64,000 nt of DNA, from contig NC_079166.1 in assembly GCF_947568905.1 (NCBI RefSeq), positions 74,710,001 to 74,774,000 of the forward strand, read 5' to 3'. This document shows, piece by piece, positions 47,850 to 60,025 of this stretch (its first letter is position 1; every line of letters starts with the position of its first letter). A program made the translations under genes and the position numbers. This stretch comes from Ostrea edulis. Lineage: Eukaryota. The notes beneath the pieces were generated by a model. That model was not told the DNA's origin and did no database searches. It saw only the letters and a program-made list of their open reading frames with translations.

Positions 47850-49660
47850 AAGGTGAAGATAACGAACAGTGATCAATCTCATAACTCCTACAAGCAATAC
47901 AAAATAGATAGTTGGGCAAATACGGACCCCTGGAAACACCAGAGGTGGGATCAGGTGCCTAGGAGGAGTAAGCATCCCCTGTTGACCGGTCACACCCGCC
48001 GTGAGCCCCATATCCTGATCAGGTAAACGGAGTTATCCGCAGTCAAATCAGTGTGCCAAGAACGGCTTAACAATCGGTATGAAACACGTCAGACAGCATT
48101 TGACCCAATGCGAGGTTGTATTGACGAACTAGATCGTTATAACGACCATAGAATTTGCGAAATGCTGACTTCAATCGAGACTGTTGAAATCCCTGTACCA
48201 TCAACTTGTTTGTCAGTAGCTTACCTCGATTTAGAAACTGACTATACCCAGAACAAGCTCTTGCATATCGAATCAGTTGAGATATATAAACACCATATGC
48301 AGGTGATAATGGAATATTGCTACATAAATGTGGGAAGTTGACGATGGAGAAGCTGAAATCATCCCGTTTGTCATACAGTTGAGTTGTTAGTTTGCCGTTA
48401 ATGTCTGCTTTCAAGAAAATATCTAAGTATGAAGCAGAAGTGGACGACTCTGTGGTGTCCTTTATTTCGAGCTCACAGGGATATATCAAATCGACATATG
48501 AATGAAAGCTACCATTGTTAATAGACAAAACGTCATCGATATATCTAAAAGTCGAATTGAAGGTCACAGCGAGAGATTTTTTCTTCTCACGTAGAAGTTT
48601 TTGAATAAATTCTACTTCATATGAATATAAAAACAGGTCAGCTAACAAAGGAGCACAATTCGTGCCCATGGGAATTCCAACAGACTGTTGGAAGACCTGA
48701 TCACCAAAGACCACGAAGATATTGTAAATGAGGAACTCTAGCATATTTTTTATTTCAACTTCAGAGTACTTGTGCGTGGAATCAGAGTGGTGTTTAACAA
48801 AGTAAGTTTTTGAATGACCGATCACTAGATATGAATATTTCTGTTTTCCGTTTTTGTTGAAGAAGCAACTGTCTATGATGTCAAAAAGTCTAGTCTTTAA
48901 TTTATCGTGAGGAATGTTCGTGTATAGTGTTGGAAAGTCATAGGTTTTAATGCTATTGATTTGGGAAAAATTCTGTGATTTCAAGTTTACTAAAAGTTCT
49001 TTAGAATTTTTTAGAATCCAGATTTGATTAACACCACTTCTGGCATATGTAGTCGCACAGTAAGTATGAAGTTTCTCCTTCACAGCTGTTAACATTTTCG
49101 TGAGGAGCAAAGATAGGGGCTTGGTAGAGCACTTACTGGATCCAGCAATGTATCTTTGTTTGTAAGGGTTTTTATGTAGTTTAGGAATCCAGTATAGGTA
49201 CGGTAACTCATATTCATTCGACCCATTGACTGGAATATTAAATGTGTCTAAAACTGAAGCATGGTTTTGAAGAATTTCATCTTTTGAAAGGGCAGTTGGA
49301 GTATAAGTATGATTACCAAAAGTGGAATTAATGCCAAGTTCGTTTAAAATAGAGTTGTAATAATGAGCCTTACAAACAAAGACAATGTTGTTACTAGCTT
49401 TGTCAGCTGGAACCAAAACATATTCCTCATGTAACCTATCTAATTCTTTTATCACTTCTGGTTTACTAAACACAGAAGGATAGATGGTACGTACTTTTGT
49501 TTTCATGTGTCTAATGCGGGATTTTAATATCCCTCTTATGCTTTTAACCCATTCTGACAATGTATCAAGTTCTTCTTTTTCATATTTAGCCCATCGTCTG
49601 GCATAATTTTCGACAGAACTCATAATAGAGATGAAGTTTTGTCGCCAATTAAAATACCTT
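47850..49660 (-). mobile_element. 5'-truncated Naiad-type Penelope-like retroelement, specific to duplication unit 2
   Basis: The RT frame ends at ...VFHTDC* and is followed directly by the pseudo-LTR, with no C-terminal GIY-YIG. This is the architecture of N-terminal-EN Naiads. It is absent from the paralogous site near 30830-30870. Confidence 0.85.
48067..49623 (-). CDS. Penelope-like (Naiad-type) reverse transcriptase, open frame of 518 aa from the first ATG; endonuclease missing
   Basis: Motifs YWIPKLHK..RYI, TYDFPTLYT (A), GIPMGTNCAPLLADLFL (B), FRYIDD (C), ASYLDI (E). The track start at 49707 is a TTG in flanking host DNA. Confidence 0.88.
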   Translation of the reverse strand: MSSVENYARRWAKYEKEELDTLSEWVKSIRGILKSRIRHMKTKVRTIYPSVFSKPEVIKELDRLHEEYVLVPADKASNNIVFVCKAHYYNSILNELGINSTFGNHTYTPTALSKDEILQNHASVLDTFNIPVNGSNEYELPYLYWIPKLHKNPYKQRYIAGSSKCSTKPLSLLLTKMLTAVKEKLHTYCATTYARSGVNQIWILKNSKELLVNLKSQNFSQINSIKTYDFPTLYTNIPHDKLKTRLFDIIDSCFFNKNGKQKYSYLVIGHSKTYFVKHHSDSTHKYSEVEIKNMLEFLIYNIFVVFGDQVFQQSVGIPMGTNCAPLLADLFLYSYEVEFIQKLLREKKKSLAVTFNSTFRYIDDVLSINNGSFHSYVDLIYPCELEIKDTTESSTSASYLDIFLKADINGKLTTQLYDKRDDFSFSIVNFPHLCSNIPLSPAYGVYISQLIRYARACSGYSQFLNRGKLLTNKLMVQGFQQSRLKSAFRKFYGRYNDLVRQYNLALGQMLSDVFHTDC

Positions 49661-52600
49661 TTAATATGCTTTTCTGATCTGCCATAAATCAAATTATCAG
49701 CATACAATGACTGGGATTGAAGTAGATTATATCATGTTATTCTGATCTACCATATCTTGAATTATCAACTCACCAGCATACACGTACATTGATTGGAATG
49801 TAACATACGCAATTAATGTAATCGCTAGCTACCAACTGGGGCAATACAAATATGTCAGCTACACATATAAAACATAGACAATTGGATCGAATGAACATAT
49901 CTATGAAAGCCACATGGTTTTGAACTTATACCAAATGTTGTTTGTGAAACCAACGCTTTGCTTTATTTTATTTTACGACACCCGAGAAGATAGAAGCATT
50001 CTTTAAATAAATGAATTGAATGACCAGCAAATGTTCACCTTTCAGATGTAACTGAATGAATGAACATGAAAACAGTAGATACTCCCCAAGGTCTCTATTA
50101 ACCCATCCCGTGTTGTTTGAGTGGTAATTTTTAGAGTGTAAAACACATAACCTACAAGCCGACAATTCAAAACAAAATGCTGATATAATCTTACTTATGT
50201 GAAACTTATATAGTATAATGAGATGAATAAAGAAGAATTTTGCGGATTCAATGGAGATTGATAGACAAAAACTTTCTACCATAGAAAAAACAGATTAGAA
50301 TGAAAACATTTTATCAAGTATCAAATGATGTCGATGTACACTTTGCAGTACACAGGTTTAATACATTTGATAATGTATGAAACACCATATTACATTCAAC
50401 ATGTCCGTTACACGTTGCTGTCAGAATCTCATATTTGTTTCCAGGAAAGACACTTATCACGAAAAAAAATTTATCAAACCACTTATTGGTTAGCCTGTTT
50501 GTTTTGTATTATTGTGATTTCAATCATTTTTTTATTTATCTAATCATTTATTTTCCCCCTTTGTTCTTTTCATCCTCTGTGAACTTTTACCTGCATATGT
50601 GCTGTAAATCTTGCCCTATGCATGTCACTCTAGATCTTAGCAATAAGGTTCTTTCTGCCAACGTAAATGGAAATCCTAAAAGTGAAATATTCTGCACTCC
50701 ACCCTAATCGCATATCGTTGACAATTGGGCGAAATATGAAGAGTACTCCATGCGGTATACATTAAGCAAAGTAATTTAAACTGTATGACAAACCTATTAC
50801 TTCTATTTCAAGGTGAATTCCCGATATTCTGCAAACACATTGGGTAATTTTTTCCATTTGTTAAAGAAATTGTGATAACGCTTTCGGTAAGATAACACGT
50901 ACATGTGATAAATCTGTATATGAATTAAGTACAAGAACTAGAGTATAAGTACCGATGTGAACGGTCCTTATATTGACACTTTATATTAAACCAGTTAATC
51001 GTCTACTATCTAACAATTACTCATGCAATCTGTATAAGAGATAAGCGATCCGTCACTGTTCGTTATTGTCACCTTTCCCTGTTTGGCATGATGTGCTCTT
51101 ATCTTATCAGTTTCTCAGAAAGCAAATGGTATTTTTCAACATTTCAAAAGAAGCAAATACACAGCTGATAATGTAATACTCATTTACCATAGAGCGAATA
51201 CATCGCAGTAGTTCTTGATCGAAACTACGGCAATTATTTCAATTAATGATAGATATATGACAGGTGCAATCTCTTTTCAACATGTAACGTATGTAACGCA
51301 ACTTTACTGAACAAGCGGCTAATTTGATAGGACCTCCAATGTTGTTCTTTAGCCAACAGTACACGTTATAAGTGTCTACGTAGCGATTGTAAATCAATTT
51401 CCCTTCAACTGAAAGACTCCCCTGGAGGTACACATCACGATTTTATGGTATACACGGCAAACATAAATAAATGTATAAAGCTTGTTTTTCAAAATTGAAA
51501 CTCTATGAGGTCAAATATTTCAAATTTTGTCATCATTCTATAGTTTTACAACCTTTTTATACTGGGTAAATATCATTGTTAAGTGCTGATATGAGATTTG
51601 TATCAACTTTGAATGATATGTCCTGCACATGCTTGAATGTATAAGTAATCATATATAAATATATTTGGCTTATTACCAATAAAGATGGTCGTAATTGTAG
51701 AGGACAAAATCACCAGATCCCTCCGAAATACTTATTTCGAGAGTACCAATGCACATTAAGTTGTAGATAGAGGAATATTTATATTGGGTAACGCCAGATG
51801 ATATTATTCAGCATCCACAGTGTATCTTACTATAATAAATAGCAATCTGAAAGACACACGACATAATCCTTTTTATGTATGCTTCCATTCCCATGCTCAA
51901 AAACTTCTTATCTCAATATTTAATATATGATTGATTGTTTCTAATCCTTTAATCTCAAAATAGATTCTTGAAATCCAGTATTATTTTTCTTTCTTTCTTT
52001 TACCCATTTGATGTCAAACATTGCTTCTGATTTATTCCGTGTCTTAACATAGATGATCGAACATGATATCAGGTACATGTATTATGAATTGGGTCGAAAT
52101 TATGAGTCATAATTGTCTTGGACTTGTCGGGTAATTCCCTTGCACCCAGTTGGCTTAAATAAAAACAGAACCTAAAATGCGACTACAACGACAAAACGAC
52201 AGTATACATAGATCACATTTCGAATGGAAAATTCACTGTACTGGTTTCGTTTTCTGTCTCCTTGAATCTTCTTTTTAAAAAGCACCACACAACTGAAAGT
52301 TGTTTTTCAAAGGATTGTATAATGATTTGAAGCAGGAAAATATTCATTCTGTATATTTTCTTTTATTTGAAATCATACATTTGGGTTTTATAGCAACAAA
52401 TACCTGAGATACAATCACACAAATGCTTGAATGTCAGTTTGATTGGATTCGTATTGTAGATTGAATATCTTAATATGTTCATTCACAATACAGATGTGTG
52501 GAGACAGAGATACCACACCGTTTATTGACTTTTTTTTTTTAGTTTGAGTTGCATGTACAATGTAATATTTTAATCTTCAAACATCAAATGGAATCATGTC

Positions 52601-53719
52601 AAGTACTTCAAATCACTGTGTCTTACAATGTTATGTGTAAAGTAGCTAACAAATTAAGGCACCCTCTCATTGAATGTATTGATTTATAGATCATATTGTT
52701 TCAAAGATGCATGTAATATTTCGTAAGGGTCTTCACTTTTTTCAAAAGAAAGTTTAACCTAAAATTAATGGATCAATTGTAAAGAATTGGGGTTATGATA
52801 ACTTTGTCGCTAGGGTAGGTTTAAATGTACTTGGGTGTATTTCCGGCTGCTAGTTGCATGTATATCACACAAAACTACAATTATTAAAGTTCGTAAACAT
52901 GTATATCCAAATTATCTTTGATTAAAGTATACCTTGCAGGGTATGTGTGCAGGGGTTGGGGTGGTGCTAGATCTGCTAGGTATGCAATTTTTCTCTCTAC
53001 CCAGAATTCCTAGGGCTTTGGGGCGATCTTTCAGTCCAGTCATACATTAACAGATTAAAATATGAAAAGCAAGAATTGTGTGATTATTTTGAAAGTACAA
53101 ATCTTTGCATAGTAAGGATTTATATCATTGGAAGATATTTTATAGACTGCCACAACTAAACATTCATTTACCATATACGGGTCATAGTAGCTCAGTTGTA
53201 GATCTTTTACTTCGTAACCGGGAGGACGTGAGTTCGATCAAATTCAATCTATATAGAACATATAGTTACAAATGTATCAGGAATTCAAAAGACTTCAAAT
53301 TATATCTGGTCGCTCATGGAAAAAGTACAGGTCAATGAGAGCATCTGAATCAATTCCGAACAGCATTGCCTTCATAGGAACGACGTATGCAATGTCTATC
53401 ATTGTAGAATACACACGTACTTAGAATTGAACATGCTCGAAAATAAATTCGATAAATATAGTTTATCTTAATGACTTCATAATTTGACCGCACAATATCA
53501 AAGACAGATGCATAACATAATTTCAATTTCCGTTTCATTTATTTCAACAACATTTGGCATGGTACATTGGTTCATGGCAAAGAGCAAATAAATGAACATA
53601 GTAATAAAATGGATAATTGGAAACAAGCAAAGAGTAAAAATGCATTGAGATGAAATATAGCTGCCATCAGTTAAATTCTCAACCAGCCATTGGTATACTA
53701 TCATCCATTAAAAATTACA

Positions 53720-54230
53720 TCTAACATCAGTCAGGCTTTCTCTAGCATCACTCAGTCAATCTCTATCCAACGTCACTCAGGCAATCTTTAATATTATTCA
53801 GTCAATTTCTATTTAACATCACTCAGCCAATCTATATCTAACAACATTCTGCCAATCTATTTTTAACATCATTCAGTCGATATCTAACCTCAGTCACTAA
53901 ACATATCTAACATCAGTTAGTTAATCTCTATTTGACATCAGTCAGTCAATCTCTAACCTCAGTCACTGACCTATCTAACATCAGTTAGTTTATCTCTATT
54001 TGACATCAGTCAGTCAATATCTAACCCCAGTCACTAACCCTATCTTACATCAGTTAGTTAATCTCTATTTGACATCAGTAAGTAAATCTCTAACCTCAGT
54101 CACTAAACCTGTCTAAGATCAGTTATTCAAACTCTATTTGACATCAGCCAGTCTATCTATATCCTCAATAACTAAACCTATCTAACATCAGCTGGTCAAT
54201 CTCTATTTGAAATCAGTCGCTCAATAAAAA
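53720..54230. repeat. Expanded 3' UTR minisatellite of A3
   Basis: Several higher-order ~62-nt units (ctaacctcagtcactaaacctatctaacatcagttagttaatctctatttgacatcagtcagtcaat-like). Confidence 0.85.
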
Positions 54231-54555
54231 CTTATATTTGTCAACCATGCCAATCTGGAATTAGTCAGTCAATCCGAACCTATCATTGTCAAAATCAATT
54301 TGGCATTCTTAAGGTATAATGATGTCATAAGTCAGTCAATTTCCATATGTTGATTTTCAGTCAGCCTTGCTATGCTCAACGTTGCTTTTATAATATGATG
54401 CATTATCATTCAATTTGTCCTTCATTGCCAATTTCAACCTGCCAATAATCAGTCACTCTAAATTTGTCACAAGTCAGTCAATCTTAAACTGCCATTAATC
54501 AGTTAAATTTGGTATCCCATTATTCAGTCAATATACACATCCTTTACTATATCAC

Positions 54556-56539
54556 TCAGACTATATCAACTGTCAATGGATGTTCTTCCGTAAACCTCTC
54601 GTCTTGAAGTTTTCCTCCATTATCTTCGACATTGATGTCTATATGCCGTGGTGTCTGATATTCTGACATACAAAGCACAAGTCAAATTTTTGAATTACGT
54701 CATAAAATATGGGTTTGAACAAAAACGTATCTCAAAGAAAGTAAAAACAAGAATTAAGGATCAGGTAGACTTACCGTATTTTGTCTTGAACAGGGATGAA
54801 AAAATACCTGCAATTGTGAAAGAGTACTAGCTATATTCATTATACCTTGACCAACACAAACATTCTACACTTTTAATGAATTTAGATGAAGGTATATATA
54901 ATTTATAGCTATACCTTTCAAGGAACATTCCTTATCTTTGCAAGCTTTGTATACAACTAATACCAGGAAAAGGATGAAAACTGCTAGTGCTACGGGTATG
55001 CTCACACCAAGAAAAACCCTGTAAATTTAAAACGGCACAATGCAACAGTAATATCAAAGACATGAATAAGATATGTTCAAAAGTTGATAGATACGTCATG
55101 TGCGTGTTACATGTTCTTTTTCGTTAAATCCTTAAGCAAAAAATAGTTACGCATTTTCGTGGAATGACTCCAGCTTTTGATTTCCTGCGTCCGTATCGTT
55201 AATGTTAGAGGCGAGCTGTAACTCTGACGTCGGCACTGCCTGGATATGGGCAAGCAATGTTGACGATGTTGTAGTTATACCTTTAGTTGTCGTATATACG
55301 CTAGACGACGTGTTGATAAAAATAGGTCTTACTGTCTCTCGGCGTGGATATACTTGGCTGTAACATTCTGAATCTGTAAGCATACAATGGTCATCACTTG
55401 CCACCAAAAAACAATTTTGAAAAACAAAGATTTTAAATGGCAAAATATAATTCAAGGATTTTTAAGCCTTGCATTCGCATTTGTTTAAAACACAGGTCAC
55501 TGTAGGTCTGTGGAACAGCTTTCGTATCGTAACTGGGAGGTCGTGAGCTCCAGCCCCGGTCATACCATGGTCGCATCAAAACCACGATTTAAGCATAGAT
55601 AGTGATTCTCCCTTCGCCAAACGCTCGAAATTTAGAAGTGACAATCATGGATCTATCAGATATAAAATTGACTACAGAAGCTCCTTCTCGGGACAGGCAT
55701 TGGCACGTTAAAGAACCCTTACTCTTAAGCAATAAGCATAGGTGTAAATTTGTGACACTTCATCTGCAACTAGTGACGTTTCAATATGAATGAAACAAGA
55801 GACGGTTAAAATGTAAACGTTATTTTGTACGTACATTTGAAACTCTCATTTGATTTATAAACAGCTGGACATGCTTTGCACTTTGCATTCTTATTCCGCT
55901 GGATTCTACGGCCACCAAAACTGTATTCTGCGCATACGTTTCCTGTTGGAAAATATCGTTTCAGATTTACTTTACCCCAAGTTATGATTTTCATGAAATT
56001 CCAAACATGACAAAATGAAATAATAACAAACAATGAAAATATTTTCTTGGAAAAGTCTTCATACCTACAATATTTATGACTCTAGAACAGACTTCTATTG
56101 TTTCATTCTGCCATGCATTAGTCACACAGTGGTACTCAAATGACCCGCAGTTGTTTATTATGTGACTACAACCTTTCTTTGATGCTGCAGTCGCCCACCC
56201 TGCAGCTGTTTTTGGACAACCTTGGACAACCTTTACTGTTAAGTTGGACTCTATACATTCCTCTCCTACTGCAAATATCTTAAAATATTCCAACACTTTA
56301 ATATCAATTATTACTACAAGTTTCATCATCATCATCATCATTAAATCACTATCATCATCACCGTTGCTATTATGTTTCATTCCTGTAGGTTAAAGTTTAT
56401 CAATTAATGCACATAAAATGGCAAATAGATAATATGGTATTTCGTAGTTATAGCAAACTATAGCTCTGATTAATCTTACCTTAACATCTAAAAGGTACAC
56501 ACTGGCAACGATCATCAGTGTGAGATACTGCAAAATCAT
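54556..56539 (-). CDS. Gene A3: 282-aa type I membrane protein, 10-Cys ectodomain family
   Basis: Coding exons 56539-56480, 56278-56065, 55942-55835, 55373-55151, 55018-54915, 54807-54775, 54662-54556 (849 nt). GT-AG introns, compatible phases, no stop seen. TM is VFLGVSIPVALAVFILFLVLVVY. Confidence 0.9.
55495..55800 (+). mobile_element. Intron-3 SINE of A3
   Basis: Positional and sequence match to 3805-4085. Confidence 0.7.
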
Positions 56540-56856
56540 ATTTGTTGAAGTCTGAACCTTCTAAGCAAATTCTGAAAAATAAAAAGTCATTATTAATATG
56601 GTTATATGTCATTTCTGTTTGTTAAAAAGCAAATCTCTTGAAGTATGATTAAAGGTATTGTTGTGATAAGCGCGAGAGTCAATAGATACTTACACTTAAA
56701 GTGATATCGGGATGCTTCCAACAACAGAATTGCAAGTGTGTTGCTTTCAGGTTGTTTAGATTTAATATGAAGTCTGCATAGATAATACCAACGTTTATTA
56801 CTGTAAGTAATGCATATACTATTAGAGTTCGGGTACAACAATCTTTTTTCGTTTTA

Positions 56857-56874
56857 TGAGTCATGGGAATCCCC
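56857..56874. promoter_or_regulatory. AP-1 (TGAGTCA) plus NF-kB (GGGAATCCCC) motif pair upstream of A3
   Basis: Identical 18-mer to 5239-5256, although neighbouring sequence has diverged. Confidence 0.6.
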
Positions 56875-57400
56875 GACCGACTCCAGTTAAATTGGTATGC
56901 CTTTACATATATGTGTGTGTTGTCAAAATAACCGAAATGATAAACGGTAGTTCTGCTTACAAAACACTTTGGGGTAAATTATAGCATTTAAAATCCCTGT
57001 AAGAATTCGTCATAATACCATCATTCAGTATTCGGTGGATTTTTGTCCTACGTCCCGGTTGAGTATTTTAATATGATCTCACAGAGTACAGTTTTCTAAC
57101 CGTGACAATATGTCTTGGTGTGTAATTGTATCGCCAATAGAACGGCCAGTCGTAGTACAGACATACCGCTATTTTTGTAAAGAGTAAGAACAGGGCGTGT
57201 CCCGGTAGCACAGAGGGGACGTTCTGACTTGTCATCGCTGCTACCTTAATTTCATCCCCGTAATCGGTAGTGGTTGTATAAAAGAGGGTATGATAGTCCC
57301 CCGCTCGTACGTCTGAGTTTCCTCTCGCCCCTATTTCTAACATTACATTATAGGACCCCATTGAAAATAATAAGATGAAAGAAGCTGATTACACACACAC

Positions 57401-57402
<2 letters not shown>

Positions 57403-57445
<43 letters not shown>
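57403..57445. repeat. (TA)n microsatellite, paralogous to 5516 but without the Penelope insertion
   Basis: Preceded by ataataagatgaaagaagc, matching ataataaaatgaagtaagc at ~5498. Confidence 0.95.
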
Positions 57446-57448
<3 letters not shown>

Positions 57449-57818
57449 TAGGGATCCAGGTTCGAATAGGTCTGCAGTAGCCCTTGTTCGTCATGTGTAA
57501 CTCTCGGAGAGCCTGTTAGCTGAAGGGAAACATATTTACAATCGCTACAAAGACACCTAGAACATGTATTGTTTATTAAAGAACAATGGTGTAGGTCCTC
57601 TACGATCGAAATATCCGATTGTTCAGTAAAGTTGCTCTATATGCGTTTTATGTTGAAAAGAGAGTTCAATCTTCATTTAACTATCATCAACTGAGAAAAC
57701 TGACCTAGTTTAGTTCAAGAACTAGTACGATGGTGTAAGAATAATATATTATCAGCTGTGTATTTTTTGTCGTGTGAAATAGTGAAAATATGATTTGCTT
57801 TTTGAGAAACTGATTATA

Positions 57819-60025
57819 CAGACTCTGAAGCGTACTACTACACCACTAGCACGGAATGGTACGAAACGATTCTTGCACGGAACGGTGAACGGTTTGCACC
57901 AAACGCTGAACGGGCTGCATGTATGGTGAACAGTTTGCACGAAATACTTTGCACGAAACGCTGATTACTTTTTAGGCGTGACTTGCACGCTTTGTGAAAG
58001 GTCTGAACAAAATGCTGTGATCTTTTCGGTAATATTTGGTTCAAATAGTTTCAATATAATTGCAGTATTCTAGATATTAAAAGAAGGTTGAGAAAGAAAT
58101 GATGATCATTCATTTTAAAATGATTGCTCATTTACGACGCGGTAAATTTCATTTTTGCTTATTGGATCAATAAATTATGAACACGTTGATATGAAAACAA
58201 ATAAATTCTTTTTTTAATTTCGGAAATAAGAGAAAAATATGCAAAATATATATCGTTACGGAATATTGATTAATCAAATTTAATTGATTCATTGCTCTAT
58301 TAAATTCATTGAAACTGAATATGAAATGGTCGCGTCTGTTTCGCTAGTTTTGTACATTCATTCTGCGTGTCCTTAGAATACATTTGTAATTTGTATATTC
58401 CAGGCCTCTTCCCAAAGACAGATGTTGAATAAAGCTATACATTTTATATACATGTGTACGTGAATGAAAACAGATAAAATGATTTAAAGAAATTTCTCGT
58501 CAGGAAAGATTGAAATATTTTTTTTTTGGCGGGGAGAAGGTTGTGAACGGTCTCCACGAAACGCTAGGCATGACCTGCACGCTTTGAATTTTTTCGGCAT
58601 TATTTGTTCATCATAGGGTTAGTTTAAACAAGGAATAGTTCAATGACTTACGAACACGTTGGACTAAAAGGAAGTGAATATTTTTTTAACTTCGGAAATA
58701 AAGGGAGAAGATGAATAAATTGTATCGTCATGGAATGTTTATTATTCTCTTTTTTTCTCCATTGCTCTATTAAATTCATTGAAAAAGTCACGTCTGCATC
58801 GCTAGTTTTGTACATTCAATCTAAGTGCCGTTAAACACGTGTGCAATTTCTATTTCCAGGCCTCTTTTGAAAGACAGATTTTGAATAAACATATACATAT
58901 TTACATATGTGTATGACGACAGATAAAATTATTACAAAAATTCTCGTAAGACTGGAACATATTCTCGGGCGAGAGGAGGGATGCATCTAGACATAGAATT
59001 AGCCAGTCGATAAGAACCTGTGACCGTGGATAAGAAGGGAAAATAAAAAAAAAGGAAACAATCAACGTATGATTGAAATAGATTAAGAAATAAATCATAT
59101 AAATGAATAGATAAGACAAATAATGATTAACTACGGTAACGATAAACAGATATGCGAGCGGGTTTAACATCCAATTTTAATTAGATTGTTGCATTTGCCT
59201 TAATTTTAAACCTATAGAAAACTGCATTAATTTTTGAGAGACAAAAGATATAAACACCTCTATTGTCATATTTCAATTGCCCCCGCCGATTTTCACACCT
59301 TTTGTACGAATGTTTATTTCAAATACGAGGATTACCTTACCTCTATTGTGGTAAAAGAAAAAAGGACCTTGGAATTTGCGTAGAATATGTAAGTTATACA
59401 CAGGTCGGTCTTCGCATTATGCAGACAGTTCCGATAAACTATTTTCATAAAAATATTCTTTATTTAAAAAGAGAAACTTGATCATACAAATGTAACAAGA
59501 CAAATGAATTATTCCTATATACAAATAAAAAATAATTAAATTAAAAATAAATAAAAAGATAACGAGGGCAGAGATATACATGTCTTTGCACTTGCTAGAA
59601 ACTACAAAGGGTGCGAAAATGGTATCGGATTTTGCTCTGCCTTGTGGTTTTTCAATAAATTGTTTTCGTTCGATTGTTTGCAGATTTTCATTGTTGAAAG
59701 TCCGTCTTAGAGACATTTTGGACCACTTCCCAACAATGTTTAACTGTTCTACATTCCATTCCAAAATGACTTGCACGGTCTGTACATTTCTAAGGGCGTG
59801 GTTTGAACGATCTGTACGTTTCTATGGGTGTGGCTTGATCCTGCACGGAACGATTCTTGCACGAAACGATTTGCACGGAACGGTGAACGGTCTGAACGGA
59901 ACGGTGAACGGTTTGCACGGAACGGTGAAGGATTTGCATGAAACGTTGAACGGTCTGCACGGAATGGTGAACAGTTTACACGGAACGAAACGCTTTGGGG
60001 GTGTAGTAGCACGCTTCAGGGTCTG
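57819..60025. mobile_element. 2.2-kb non-autonomous DNA transposon with ~26-bp TIRs, TA target duplication and subterminal 21-bp tandem repeats
   Basis: Left end CAGACTCTGAAGCGTACTACTACACC; reverse-complemented right end CAGACCCTGAAGCGTGCTACTACACC. TA at 57817-57818 and 60026-60027. gcacggaacggtgaacggttt-type repeats at ~57850-57960 and ~59850-59990. Internal ~480-bp duplication. Tc1/mariner-like by ends only. Confidence 0.75.

Larger units (their letters stand above)
39303..57445. repeat. Tandem segmental duplication, unit 2 (block B, spacer, gene A3)
   Basis: Collinear with 21406-39302. Homology ends at the (TA)n tract upstream of A3. Confidence 0.8.

Noticed and set aside
49624-49707. N-terminal extension of the RT ORF in the track (546 aa)
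   Set aside because: The start is a TTG in flanking host DNA that is also present in unit 1. The first ATG is at 49623.
53720-54230. Regular repeats as a CRISPR-like array
   Set aside because: There are no unique spacers and no cas genes, and the context is eukaryotic; this is a minisatellite.
57068-57361. 97-aa ORF upstream of A3
   Set aside because: It spans A3-specific indels and sequence that is non-coding in A1 and A2, with no splice or domain support.
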